DNA from: an uncultured bacterium
GTDB lineage: Bacteria; Chlamydiota; Chlamydiia; Chlamydiales; Rhabdochlamydiaceae
Direction of reading: 5' to 3'
DNA length: 64,000 nt
Assembly: GCA_964352505.1 (NCBI GenBank)
Contig: CAYGSB010000007.1
Location: forward strand, 32,293 to 96,292
The notes beneath the pieces are model-generated. The model worked only from the letters and a program-made list of their open reading frames with translations. It had not been told where the DNA came from and did no database searches. Positions 44,511 through 53,903 of this stretch are shown piece after piece (the first letter of the stretch is position 1; each line of letters starts with the position of its first letter). A program made the translations under genes and the position numbers.

Positions 44511-45758
44511 TTATTTACAGGTTGTAGAAATAATTCCTGAGCTGGCTGGCATCGAATCACCCTCACCAACAACAAAATAGGTGTAGGTCTCTCCTTTTTT
44601 TAAGTTGTGGTCTTCAAATTTTATCAGAGGTAGAGCTGGAATTGTAGCAATCAAGTCGGTCAATTCCGCATTCCGATAGATTTTAAAAAGGGTGGTGTTC
44701 CTAAACCCGCCTATTGGCGTAGACCAAGTTAGGACATTATAAAATTCCTTCTGCGCGAGAAAACTATTCACCTCACAGGAGATTGTAATTGCCAAAGGAG
44801 TGACGTAATCTGGGCATGTGGCAAGATTCAAAATAGACGAAACTGATCCGTTGACTGTAACAGTTGCAATTGTCTTGCTGGTTGAAACATCAATAACGCT
44901 AATATCCAAAGTACTGTTGCTTGCTGTATAAGCCCTTGTTCCATCGGTAGAAAACGCGACTGCAGAAGGTTCGCTACCCACAATAATTGTGGCGATAATC
45001 ACATCAGAAAGGGTGTCGATTACACTCACAGCATTCTTTTCAGCATTCGTAACATACAAAAGCGGTAGCCGGAGGTTCATTGCGCAGGGTTCTGGACCAT
45101 CCCCCGCGGTGATAGTGGCAATGATTGTATCACTGGATGTATCTAGAACAAGAGTCGCATAATTAAGTATCGAGGCTTCAACGGGAATGTAGGCTTTTGT
45201 CCCGTTAAGGCTAACGCAAATACTTCCAGGAAATAAGATCGAAAGGGGAGTCACCTGATTAATCAGATAGGTTGATGTATCTATTACAAGATAAGAGGGG
45301 GATTCTGTTATCGCATATGCTTTGGTATTATCATTGGTAAAGGCAACGGCTGTAGTACCTACGCCGGTGGCTATCGTAGCGATGATTACATCCGATGTTG
45401 TATCAATGACAGAAATATTGGGGTCTAGATTTGTGATAAAAGCCCTTAGACCATCCGAGGTTATACGAACTGCTGTAGGCATACCACCTGTTGTAATCGT
45501 AGCAGTGACGAGATTTTTTGTCGTATCGATGATACTCACATTTCCGGGGGTTTGGTTAGGAACGTAAACCTTGTTGCCGAAGGGGCTTACAGCTAGGGCG
45601 TCCGGCAGGCCTCCTACAGTTATTGTTGCAATAATGAGATTAGTATCGAGATCGAGGACTGTCACCTTCCCATTATGTGCATAGTAAGCATTGTTGACAG
45701 ATGCCCCGTTTAGATAGAGACCAAAACTTATAAGCAAAGCTGCAAAAAATGCCTTCAA
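44511..45758 (-). CDS. Secreted YVTN-type seven-blade beta-propeller protein with a C-terminal Fn3/Ig-like domain
   Basis: Signal peptide MKAFFAALLISFGLYLNGASV, seven repeats of the type (V/I)SVIDT.S..(V/I)IATI..G..P.AVAF..DG..AY, and a C-terminal ~90-aa beta-rich domain. TTG start. Confidence 0.75.
   Translation of the reverse strand: MKAFFAALLISFGLYLNGASVNNAYYAHNGKVTVLDLDTNLIIATITVGGLPDALAVSPFGNKVYVPNQTPGNVSIIDTTKNLVTATITTGGMPTAVRITSDGLRAFITNLDPNISVIDTTSDVIIATIATGVGTTAVAFTNDNTKAYAITESPSYLVIDTSTYLINQVTPLSILFPGSICVSLNGTKAYIPVEASILNYATLVLDTSSDTIIATITAGDGPEPCAMNLRLPLLYVTNAEKNAVSVIDTLSDVIIATIIVGSEPSAVAFSTDGTRAYTASNSTLDISVIDVSTSKTIATVTVNGSVSSILNLATCPDYVTPLAITISCEVNSFLAQKEFYNVLTWSTPIGGFRNTTLFKIYRNAELTDLIATIPALPLIKFEDHNLKKGETYTYFVVGEGDSMPASSGIISTTCK
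44808..45668 (-). repeat. Seven tandem ~40-44-codon beta-propeller blade repeats within the YVTN gene
   Basis: Blades begin at about residues 31, 73, 114, 156, 201, 243 and 286 of the 415-aa protein, with the recurring IDT..(S/T)...IATI core. Confidence 0.65.
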
Positions 45759-45958
45759 TCGATCACCAAAAGTAGGTTAAAAACAAAATACTAACATGAT
45801 GTAACTATTGTTGCTAGGGCAAGTCACGGTAACGCAGCCCCTAGATGCTCAGCTGCTGTTGCTCTTATAGGTCACGTAGAAAAAAGCATATGAGCCCCGC
45901 CGATAGGGAGCCCTGTTGTTTTTCATGAAAAAACGGAGAATAAAATATTTTTTTCGGA

Positions 45959-46387
45959 TTATGTTTTCTTGCCGATGGAAGAAATAACAGCGTCCGTGTC
46001 GACCACATCAATAAGAAAACGTTGGAGAACTTTGAGGATAAATTTCGGGGTATTGTAGACCCCGGCAGTGGCATAAACAAGTTCAAGGTGGGGTTTTTTC
46101 TTCAAGACTTGAGAAAGATAGGTGAGAGTTGTTGGGAGTTCATCAACAATTTTTGGGACGATCCAGATAACGAATTTTTCGTTATGGAGGGTGATTTTGT
46201 CGGGGGTTTCCACAACATGAAAGAATTGGGTCACCTCATCCGGTTCTTCTTCATCAAAGTCTTCTCGGTTAAGAAGTCCCATCTCGGCAAGAGTTTCCAA
46301 ATCGATCTGTATGATCCCATCAGGCACCCACTTCTGGAAGTTTTCTGTGAAATTTTTGTAGATTTCTTCAAGTTCGCTGGGTGTCAT
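45959..46387 (-). CDS. Hypothetical acidic protein (142 aa)
   Basis: The ATG is preceded by AAGGGAG. The composition is balanced, unlike the overlapping plus-strand ORF 46022..46495. No family recognised. Confidence 0.6.
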   Translation of the reverse strand: MTPSELEEIYKNFTENFQKWVPDGIIQIDLETLAEMGLLNREDFDEEEPDEVTQFFHVVETPDKITLHNEKFVIWIVPKIVDELPTTLTYLSQVLKKKPHLELVYATAGVYNTPKFILKVLQRFLIDVVDTDAVISSIGKKT

Positions 46388-46422
46388 TTTACTCCCTTAT
46401 GGATAGACCGAAATTTGCAATA

Positions 46423-46451
46423 TTGGATAGTACTTCGCATTTCTCTAGCAT
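46423..46451 (+). promoter_or_regulatory. Candidate sigma-66 promoter for dacC
   Basis: TTGGAT (46423-28), a 17-nt spacer, then TAGCAT (46446-51). Confidence 0.2.
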
Positions 46452-46517
46452 TTCCTGTTTCGGCCTATCCTATTTTGAGAAAAACTCGTCGGTAGGGTAG
46501 ACTTGCGATCTAACCTC

Positions 46518-46557
46518 GGCCGGTACCCTCATATTGAACATATCGGCCTTTTTTTTT
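46518..46557 (+). terminator. Terminator-like hairpin plus T9 in the dacC leader (possible attenuator)
   Basis: GGCCGGTA (46518-25) pairs with TATCGGCC (46541-48): 8 bp including one G-U, with a 15-nt loop. Nine T follow (46549-57), and the probable dacC GTG lies 16 nt further downstream. Confidence 0.35.
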
Positions 46558-46572
46558 AAAGAGATTTGCCCC

Positions 46573-47808
46573 GTGAAAGTGACAAGATTTGTGATTGGAT
46601 TTTTTCTGCTTACCTGCTCAGTTGTTAATGCTGAGCAGCTTAAGGCTAAAGTGAGAGCTAAGGCGGCGATCGTATATAATCCCGACTCCGGCGCGGTTTT
46701 ATTTGAAAAGAGAGCCAAAGAACCCCATTATCCCGCCAGTATCCTCAAAATCGCCACTGCTTATTTTGCCTTAGAGGAAAAAAAACTCAACCTGGAAGAG
46801 ACTTGTCAGATTACTGACGACGTACTGGAGGTGATGCACGCAGATATAAAGCAGGCTGATCCCACCCTATACCCGGCTCATGTACTAGAACATGACGGGG
46901 TTACGATGGGATTAAAAAGAGGTAAAAGCTATCGGATGAAAGACCTTCTGCATGGGCTCCTGCTGGTTTCAGGCAATGATGCGGCCAATGCGATAGCCAA
47001 ACATTGCAGCGGATCTGTCAAAGACTTTATGAATGAACTCAATCACTTCCTCGAAGATAAAGGAATTCACCAGACTCGCTTCCAAAATCCCCATGGACTC
47101 CACCATCCAGCCCAAATGACAACCGCCTTTGATATGGCAAAAATCGCGGGGCTTGCCTTCGCGAACGAACAATTTTTAGAGATTTCTAAAACCCCTTCTT
47201 TCCAGCTCGAAGGTGGGGGGACCATAAAGAATACAAACCGTCTTTTGAAAGAAGGGAAGTATTTCTACCCCAAGTTCATTGGCGGCAAGACGGGCTACAC
47301 CTCGAGTGCAGGCTACAACCTAGTTGCTGTAGCGGAAGACAAAGGGCGGAGGCTTGTTGTCGTCCTTCTGGGGTGTGAGGATAGCACTAAGCGGTTCGAA
47401 GATGCGATCTCTCTCTTTGAAACTGCCTTTAGAGAAAAGTTGAAGAAGAGAATCCTCTTTTCGAAAGAGCACGAGCCATTCACAAGAAAAATAAAAGGGG
47501 GTAATCGCCTTTTACGTGCTCATATTGATAGAGATGTTGAAATTGAGTATTACCCTTCAGAAGAACCAAAGCCGACTGCGCGCCTAGTATGGAAGCAGCT
47601 CCCCCTTCCGATAGAAATCGGAGAGGTGGTTTGCCATCTAGAGGTGAAGGATGAGCGGGGGAATCTATTAGCTTCTACACCTCTGTTTGCTGATGTGGAA
47701 GTCAGAAAGAATGCAACTAGGTATGTTTTTTGGACAGCCCTTTGGGTTGGACTAATGCTTGCTGTTTTGGTTTTTTTCAAAAAGAGACGCAAAGTCCTTA
47801 AGGGTTAG
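46573..47808 (+). CDS. dacC: D-alanyl-D-alanine carboxypeptidase (PBP5/6 class, S11 family)
   Basis: SxxK in PASILKIAT, SGN in LLVSGNDAA and KTG in GGKTGYTSSAG, with a C-terminal TM anchor. I prefer the GTG at 46573 (signal peptide VKVTRFVIGFFLLTCSVVNA); the track start is a TTG at 46534. Confidence 0.85.
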   Translation: MKVTRFVIGFFLLTCSVVNAEQLKAKVRAKAAIVYNPDSGAVLFEKRAKEPHYPASILKIATAYFALEEKKLNLEETCQITDDVLEVMHADIKQADPTLYPAHVLEHDGVTMGLKRGKSYRMKDLLHGLLLVSGNDAANAIAKHCSGSVKDFMNELNHFLEDKGIHQTRFQNPHGLHHPAQMTTAFDMAKIAGLAFANEQFLEISKTPSFQLEGGGTIKNTNRLLKEGKYFYPKFIGGKTGYTSSAGYNLVAVAEDKGRRLVVVLLGCEDSTKRFEDAISLFETAFREKLKKRILFSKEHEPFTRKIKGGNRLLRAHIDRDVEIEYYPSEEPKPTARLVWKQLPLPIEIGEVVCHLEVKDERGNLLASTPLFADVEVRKNATRYVFWTALWVGLMLAVLVFFKKRRKVLKG

Positions 47809-48549
47809 TTCTCCAGGCCGCATTGTTGCAAAACTGCCAAGGAGTTCTACTGGGTAGATCTCCTTTAACGAACTTCTAAGCATTTTCCTCTTTTGTTGAA
47901 ACGCTGTCCTTGTAAATCTAAAAAAAGCTTCTTGATCAAAAGTAAAGGGGAATGGATGCAAGGGCATGTGGATTACGCAAGAGTGGACGGAGGGAGCCGG
48001 ATAAAAGGAGGTAGGTTTAACAGTAAAGGCATATTTGGGCTTCCCATAGGCCTCTAAAAACAGGGTGAAGCTGCTGTACTCGGGGGTATTCACCTTCGCT
48101 GTCATCCGCTCTCCGACTTCTTTTTGAACCATGATCGTCAGGGATTGGACTGTGGGATAAAGAGGGATCAATCTTTCGATGATAGGAGTTGTGATGTGAT
48201 AGGGGAGATTAGCCACAACTTTTGTATTGGGGAGAAGACTTGATGCGTAGGGATAAGTAAGGGCATCATCCTCAAATACCTTTAATTGATCAGTAGGGAA
48301 CTCCTTGGAAAGGTTGTCGGCAAGTGCTTTGTCTTTTTCGATCGCAATCACATTGGCACCAGCCTTTAAAAGGAATTCAGTAAGAGCTCCAGGACCGGGT
48401 CCAATCTCAAGGACAGAGTCTTCCTTTTGGATATCTGCTGTTTTGCAGATTTTTTCGATGATGTTGCGATCGATAAGAAAATTTTGTGACAAACCCTTCT
48501 TAGGTCTAAAGCCACGACCATGTAGTTCGGAGGGGCGATAGATGGGCAT
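47752..48549 (-). CDS. rsmA: 16S rRNA (adenine1518/1519-N6)-dimethyltransferase
   Basis: QNFL and the SAM motif VLEIGPGPGALT; 265 aa. Confidence 0.92.
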   Translation of the reverse strand: MPIYRPSELHGRGFRPKKGLSQNFLIDRNIIEKICKTADIQKEDSVLEIGPGPGALTEFLLKAGANVIAIEKDKALADNLSKEFPTDQLKVFEDDALTYPYASSLLPNTKVVANLPYHITTPIIERLIPLYPTVQSLTIMVQKEVGERMTAKVNTPEYSSFTLFLEAYGKPKYAFTVKPTSFYPAPSVHSCVIHMPLHPFPFTFDQEAFFRFTRTAFQQKRKMLRSSLKEIYPVELLGSFATMRPGELTLKDFASLFEKNQNSKH

Positions 48550-49589
48550 TATCTGAGAGAAAAAGGCTGAAAGTCACTCGGAATTGCATCGAGCTGACTT
48601 TGATCAAAATTGAATTGCTCGCGCAGCTTCCGTAAATAGGGAGGAAACTCTTTAGAAATTTCCTTTTGGACCAGTTCATCGTGCAAGTTATCAACCATGG
48701 AATCAAATTTAGGAGGCGGGGTTAAAATCCGTTCTTTTAGATAAAAAATCCTATGGACTACGCTTTGGTCTCTTCTACTGACTTGAGGGATTGGATCACT
48801 GTAGTTTCCTGGGGAAAGTGAGCAGAGAACTTCTTTGTGTGACTCGGACAAATTTTTATCTTCGACGCTATATTCTTCTGAAACGTTGATTGTAATGCTA
48901 GAGTCGATTTCTTTTTCTTCTTTGAGTCTTTTTGCGAGAACTTCAAAGGGAAGGGGATCATTACGAATGAGTGCGTGGGCTTTTTGGGCGTATATGCTGC
49001 CCAGTTGTTCAGTTTTAGCGCGTATCGAAAGAACTTGGTACTTCCACTCTTCTTTTGGGGGATTTGTAATCAGGCTGTCTTTGTAAGCAACCTTAATGTC
49101 TTTCGGTCCTACCCTGCCGAGGGCTTTTGAATATACGCGGAAGCCAACCATTTGTTGTACCGCTTTTTCTGAGTAGACCATTTGCCAAATTTCATCAAAA
49201 GTCACGCCAAGATCATCAAGGGTAGCCATCACATTTGGACCGAATCTTTCATGGATCGTTTCCCGGATATCAGCATCTGAAATTTTCACTTCTAGTCTCG
49301 ATGCATCAGCAAGGATTAACTCATTTTCGATCATCTGATCGAGTGTATGGCGCCAATTTTGTGAGAAAAACTGGTAACGGTGGCTAGGTGAATCAGCATA
49401 TTCAGGGTAGGCACGTCTTAAATGGACATCCATTTTCTTCATCACATCCATCACCGAAATCGTTTTCCCATTTACGGTCGCAAGAATACAATTACTAATG
49501 ACAATTTCTTGCCCTTGTGGAGGAGCGAAGTCTTGAGTAAAGGCTAAGACCGGAAATAAAAATAAAACTAGACGAATATAAAATTTCAT
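48549..49589 (-). CDS. SurA-N-domain-like periplasmic chaperone (no obvious parvulin domain)
   Basis: Signal peptide MKFYIRLVLFLFPVLAFT. The N-terminal region resembles the SurA/PpiD chaperone module (ATVNGKTISVMDV...). The track start is a TTG at 49607. Confidence 0.5.
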   Translation of the reverse strand: MKFYIRLVLFLFPVLAFTQDFAPPQGQEIVISNCILATVNGKTISVMDVMKKMDVHLRRAYPEYADSPSHRYQFFSQNWRHTLDQMIENELILADASRLEVKISDADIRETIHERFGPNVMATLDDLGVTFDEIWQMVYSEKAVQQMVGFRVYSKALGRVGPKDIKVAYKDSLITNPPKEEWKYQVLSIRAKTEQLGSIYAQKAHALIRNDPLPFEVLAKRLKEEKEIDSSITINVSEEYSVEDKNLSESHKEVLCSLSPGNYSDPIPQVSRRDQSVVHRIFYLKERILTPPPKFDSMVDNLHDELVQKEISKEFPPYLRKLREQFNFDQSQLDAIPSDFQPFSLR

Positions 49590-49615
49590 AGTTCCTATCA
49601 TAATCAAGGTAGTGT

Positions 49616-50764
49616 TTATTTTGCCAGGAATTCTGAACTGCGTTTCAGTACTGCGCCATAGAATCCGTCCATCTCGTTCTCCTTAGGTAGAGTTCGAAAA
49701 GGCCTTTCGGCAAGATCTAGGCCATGCTCTTGTTGAAAGTAGTCGACTTGGTTGTCGTTTTCGTGGGGGAGGACACTACACGTTGCATAGACAATCTTCC
49801 CATTTTCAGAAAGGTATTCGAGGGCTTCTTTAAAGATAATTCTTTGTTCTTCGACTAGCCTTTCGAGCATCTCTTCAGAAAATTTCCATTTCATGTCAGG
49901 GTTGCGCCTTAGGGTTCCCGAGCCCGAGCAAGGGGCATCAACCAAAACCCAATCCATCTTACCCTTTAAAGATTTCTTGTGAGGGGAGTCGAAATTGAGA
50001 ATTTGAGCGTTTTCAATCCCAGCTCGCTTCAACCGCCTCTTTGCTTCCATCAGAGGTCTTTCCCGAATATCGTGGAGGTAGATCTGCCCTTTCCCCTGTA
50101 GTTTATGGGCAAATGCAAGGGTTTTCCCACCAGCACCGCTGCAGAAATCGAGGAGTTGGTCACCTGGCTTTGCATCCACGAGATTAGCGATGAGCTGGCT
50201 TGCTTCATCCTGCACTTCAAAGTAGCCTTTTTGAAAGTCCTCAAGCGTTTGAAAGTTAAAGCGCTCTTTAAAATTTATTCCCCATACAGAGTGTTTTGTT
50301 TGGGCAACTGAAAACTGGTCCTTCCACTTAGTGTAGAGTGTTTGCCTTGTCGTTTTAAGGACATTTGCACGAACCGTGATAGGGGCAGGAGTATTGCTGA
50401 TATGGCAAAATTCGAGTGCTTTTTCCTCCCCAAAGTGGTTTGCAAGTAGAGTAAAATAGGACTTGGGGAAGCTGGCACGGATGTGGATAGGGATCGTTTC
50501 ATCGACAAGACTTTTTTTGACATTCAGCTCCCGATAGACATCGCACCGAACCTCCCATCCATGGGAGTCCTTACAGTAGTAATCGACCAAACCCAACCAG
50601 CGGATCATCCCATAGAGGGTTTCGCCAATGAACCTTCGATCTTTAGAGCCAAGCGCCTTGTTATTCCTGTAGTACTGGCTTAGGTGTACATCCATCGGGC
50701 CTGAAGCAAGTTCAAATGAATCTAAAAATTTTAGTAGATGATATTCGCGAAAAGTTTTCTTCAT
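49616..50764 (-). CDS. rRNA cytosine-C5 methyltransferase, RsmB/NOL1/NOP2/Sun family
   Basis: DFCSGAGGKT (SAM motif), DAPCSGSGTLRRNPD (motif IV Cys) and YATCSVLPHEN (motif VI Cys). Confidence 0.85.
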   Translation of the reverse strand: MKKTFREYHLLKFLDSFELASGPMDVHLSQYYRNNKALGSKDRRFIGETLYGMIRWLGLVDYYCKDSHGWEVRCDVYRELNVKKSLVDETIPIHIRASFPKSYFTLLANHFGEEKALEFCHISNTPAPITVRANVLKTTRQTLYTKWKDQFSVAQTKHSVWGINFKERFNFQTLEDFQKGYFEVQDEASQLIANLVDAKPGDQLLDFCSGAGGKTLAFAHKLQGKGQIYLHDIRERPLMEAKRRLKRAGIENAQILNFDSPHKKSLKGKMDWVLVDAPCSGSGTLRRNPDMKWKFSEEMLERLVEEQRIIFKEALEYLSENGKIVYATCSVLPHENDNQVDYFQQEHGLDLAERPFRTLPKENEMDGFYGAVLKRSSEFLAK

Positions 50765-50819
50765 ATTGCCGTTTCATTATACTCTGAAAATAGACTAAAG
50801 TAAAGACTGGGAGCGTGAT

Positions 50820-51272
50820 ATGCAAAGACTTATTGGATTTTTGGGGAGGGTCTGTTTTAGTTTGATCTTCCTCATTTCTGGGGTCCACAAAATACTTCAT
50901 TGGGACGCTACAGAGCAGCATCTGGTAAACCAAATGCTCGATGTCCTCAGCAAATCGTATCATCAAGGCTGGGCCCAGTCACTCTTCGATCAGATTCTAC
51001 CACTTGCCCCAACACTTTTGCTTATTGGAACAATTGCCGAGCTTGTTGGCGGCCTTTTGCTTTTACTGGGGTTGCAAGTGCGTCTTGGTGCTTTCATCCT
51101 CTGTATTTTTCTAATCCCAACAACCTTTTTATTTCACAATTTTTGGACAATGCAGGGAAATGAACAACAGCTTCAGATGATCATGTTCTTAAAAAACCTC
51201 AGTATCTTTGGAGGAGCTCTGGCCTTCCTTGCCTATGGGAAAGGATCAAAAAAAGCAAAGAGTCAAGGGTAA
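50820..51272 (+). CDS. DoxX-family membrane protein
   Basis: 150 aa with 4 TM segments and DoxX-like spacing (FLISGVHKI, ELVGGLLLLLG, FLFHNFW, LKNLSIFGGAL). Confidence 0.65.
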   Translation: MQRLIGFLGRVCFSLIFLISGVHKILHWDATEQHLVNQMLDVLSKSYHQGWAQSLFDQILPLAPTLLLIGTIAELVGGLLLLLGLQVRLGAFILCIFLIPTTFLFHNFWTMQGNEQQLQMIMFLKNLSIFGGALAFLAYGKGSKKAKSQG

Positions 51273-51275
51273 TCC

Positions 51276-52916
51276 ATGCGAGCAGAGGTTTTTCTCCAAG
51301 CTCTAATCAGTTTTATTATCGTTGCGTTTGGCCAGCCAAGTTTTGGCCCTTGGATAGGACCTATAGCGGCAATGGCAGGATACGCTTTTTTTTGGCGGGC
51401 CATACGGATCTACCCCTTTAAACTTCAACGATTTTGGCGGGGAGCCCTCTGGTATGGATCTATAACACTTGTCCAGTTGAGTTGGATGACCTCTATCGAG
51501 TTCCAAGGAGCCTATATCTTACTTGTTTGGATAGCTCTGAGTTTGTGGATGGCCGTCCAATTTGGTTTTCTCACCCTGCTCATTCCCTATAACCGACATT
51601 TGAGTTTTCCGAGAATTCTTGCAATCGCATCTACATGGGTATTCCTTGAGTGGTCCCGTTACTATGTTTTGTGTGGCTATAGCTGGAATCCTTCAGGCTT
51701 GGCTTTATCGAATACCCAGGCTGTGCAAATGGCCTCAATTTTTGGTATTTTGGGACTTTCTTTTTGGGTAATCTTTGTCAACCTTGTAGGATTGAGGGCT
51801 TTGCTCAGGAAAAGAATTCCCCACTACGTAGTTTGGATCGCCGTAGCATCGCTGCCTTACCTATATGGAACTTTCCATCTCTCTTATCACGATAAACAGA
51901 TCTTAAAACAAAAGAATTTGCAAACAGTGTCATGTGCCCTCGTCCAAACGGGGCTTCTTCCGCCAGAAAAAATCCCAATTCAAGGTAAAATCCGCTCGTT
52001 TATCTCGCCCTATCGTCAGTGGGAGAGAATGCTTACATTTTTGCATCAGCAAAGCAGCAGATCACCCGACCTCATACTTTTTCCCGAGGCAGCCGTCCCT
52101 TTCCCAAGCAGTGCCATGATTTATGAGCAAGGTGAAGTTGAGTTGATTTTTTCTAAAGTATTTGGCCCGATACCAAAAAATGTTTACCCCAAGAACATCT
52201 ACCCTTATGGAGAAAAGGGGACTCGCAAAGTTTCAAATGTTTTTTGGGCGCAGACAATTGCCAACCTCCTTAAAAGTGAGGTTGTGATTGGTTTCGACCA
52301 CGAACTTCCAGATGGAATATCTCACAACTCTGCGTTTCATGCCTGTCCCGATTCAGTTGAAGTTGGTCGTTATGACAAACAAATTTTAATGCCTCTTGCA
52401 GAATATCTCCCTTTCATTTGGCTTGGTCCTCTTGTGAAAATTTACGGGATCACTGATTTCTTTGCCCCGGGAAAAGGGGCAAAGTTGTTTCAGGGGAAAG
52501 TCCCTTTTGCAGCTTCAATTTGCTATGAAGAAACCTTCCCTCAAAAGGTAAGGGAGGGGCGCCTCCTTGGGGCACAACTTCTAGCTAATGTCACCAATGA
52601 TGGCTGGTATCCCTCTTCAAGTCTTCCAAGTCAACATTTTGAGTTGGCGAGGCTGCGAGCCGTAGAAAATGGTTGTCCGCTGATCCGCGCCTGCAATACG
52701 GGTGTGACTGCCGCTATAGATGGTTGTGGAAGAGTCATTGGGAAAATTGAAGAGAGAGATGTGGGGAAAAATCTTCAGTCTGGGATTCTTTTTACCGATG
52801 TTCTTATATATGATTATAGCACCCTCTATACCTATTGGGGGAATTGGGGGATATTAGCACTTTCTCTTATATTTATTTTGATCTTTGTTTCGCTAAAAAA
52901 GACTTTTCGCTGGTAA
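51276..52916 (+). CDS. lnt: Apolipoprotein N-acyltransferase
   Basis: N-terminal polytopic domain and a CN-hydrolase domain with LILFPEAA (Glu) and ASICYEETFP (Cys). Confidence 0.88.
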   Translation: MRAEVFLQALISFIIVAFGQPSFGPWIGPIAAMAGYAFFWRAIRIYPFKLQRFWRGALWYGSITLVQLSWMTSIEFQGAYILLVWIALSLWMAVQFGFLTLLIPYNRHLSFPRILAIASTWVFLEWSRYYVLCGYSWNPSGLALSNTQAVQMASIFGILGLSFWVIFVNLVGLRALLRKRIPHYVVWIAVASLPYLYGTFHLSYHDKQILKQKNLQTVSCALVQTGLLPPEKIPIQGKIRSFISPYRQWERMLTFLHQQSSRSPDLILFPEAAVPFPSSAMIYEQGEVELIFSKVFGPIPKNVYPKNIYPYGEKGTRKVSNVFWAQTIANLLKSEVVIGFDHELPDGISHNSAFHACPDSVEVGRYDKQILMPLAEYLPFIWLGPLVKIYGITDFFAPGKGAKLFQGKVPFAASICYEETFPQKVREGRLLGAQLLANVTNDGWYPSSSLPSQHFELARLRAVENGCPLIRACNTGVTAAIDGCGRVIGKIEERDVGKNLQSGILFTDVLIYDYSTLYTYWGNWGILALSLIFILIFVSLKKTFRW

Positions 52917-52994
52917 ATTCGCTTGCTAAAATCGCGCAATTGGGATACCTTCTTCTAATTCAGAGTCGGCGTAATTTAAATAAAGGAGAACTGT

Positions 52995-53903
52995 TTGGCC
53001 GTTCCTTACTCAGCCGTGATGGAGCGCTCACTTACATCGAGCCTCGATCCCCATAAACAAAAAACTCTCGGAAAGCCCATTTCTCTCACTGGTAAAGGGC
53101 TCTTTACTGCTGAGGACGCCACTCTAACAATCTGCCCAGCAGAACCAAATGCTGGAATCGTCTTCCAAAGATCGGATCTACCGGGTAAGCCAACAATTCC
53201 AGCCGATTTAGATCACGTCGTCAGCACTCCGCGCTGCACGATTCTTGGCGATAAGCACTGTTCGATTCACACCGTGGAGCATGTACTTTCTGCTCTTGTT
53301 TCAATGGGAATTGACAATGCCCTGCTCGACCTAAATGGCCCCGAAGTTCCGATAATGGATGGAAGTGCTCAAGATTTTGTTGAAGCCATCCTTAAGGCTG
53401 GGGTTGTCGATCAAGATAGCAAAAGAGAAGTCCATTTTCTACAGCAACCTGTTTGTTGGTCAAGAGGGGAAGTTCATCTGGTAGCAATTCCTTCTGAGTC
53501 CCTTAGAATCAGCTACACATTGCAATTTCCCCACTCCGAAATACTCCATGCTCAGTACTACTCTACGCCGGTTACTCCCGAGCATTTTGCTAAAGAAATT
53601 GCCCCTTGCCGCACCTTTTGTGTCTATGAGGAGATTGCCCCTTTAGTTGAAAAAGGGATCATCAAAGGTGGAGGCCTTGACAATGCGATCATCATCAAAA
53701 ATGATGTGGTCGTCAATCCTGATGGCGTCCGCTTCTCAGACGAGATGGTCCGCCATAAAATTTTAGATTTGATTGGGGACATTTCTCTCATCCCAATTCC
53801 TTTTGTTGCCCATGTGATTGCAATCCGCTCTGGCCACGCATCTAATATTGCATTTGGATCTGAGCTTTATGAGCAGATCCTAAAGGAGAAGGCCTCAAAA
53901 TGA
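52995..53903 (+). CDS. lpxC: UDP-3-O-acyl-N-acetylglucosamine deacetylase
   Basis: TVEHVLSAL and HKILDLIGD. The TTG start at 52995 has AAGGAG 6 nt upstream; an alternative ATG lies at 53019. Confidence 0.9.
   Translation: MAVPYSAVMERSLTSSLDPHKQKTLGKPISLTGKGLFTAEDATLTICPAEPNAGIVFQRSDLPGKPTIPADLDHVVSTPRCTILGDKHCSIHTVEHVLSALVSMGIDNALLDLNGPEVPIMDGSAQDFVEAILKAGVVDQDSKREVHFLQQPVCWSRGEVHLVAIPSESLRISYTLQFPHSEILHAQYYSTPVTPEHFAKEIAPCRTFCVYEEIAPLVEKGIIKGGGLDNAIIIKNDVVVNPDGVRFSDEMVRHKILDLIGDISLIPIPFVAHVIAIRSGHASNIAFGSELYEQILKEKASK

Noticed and set aside
46022-46495. 157-aa plus-strand ORF overlapping the 142-aa minus-strand gene
   Set aside because: The minus-strand frame has an ATG with an AAGGGAG SD and a balanced composition. 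The plus-strand product is Phe/Trp-rich, lacks an SD, and would run through the divergent promoter region.
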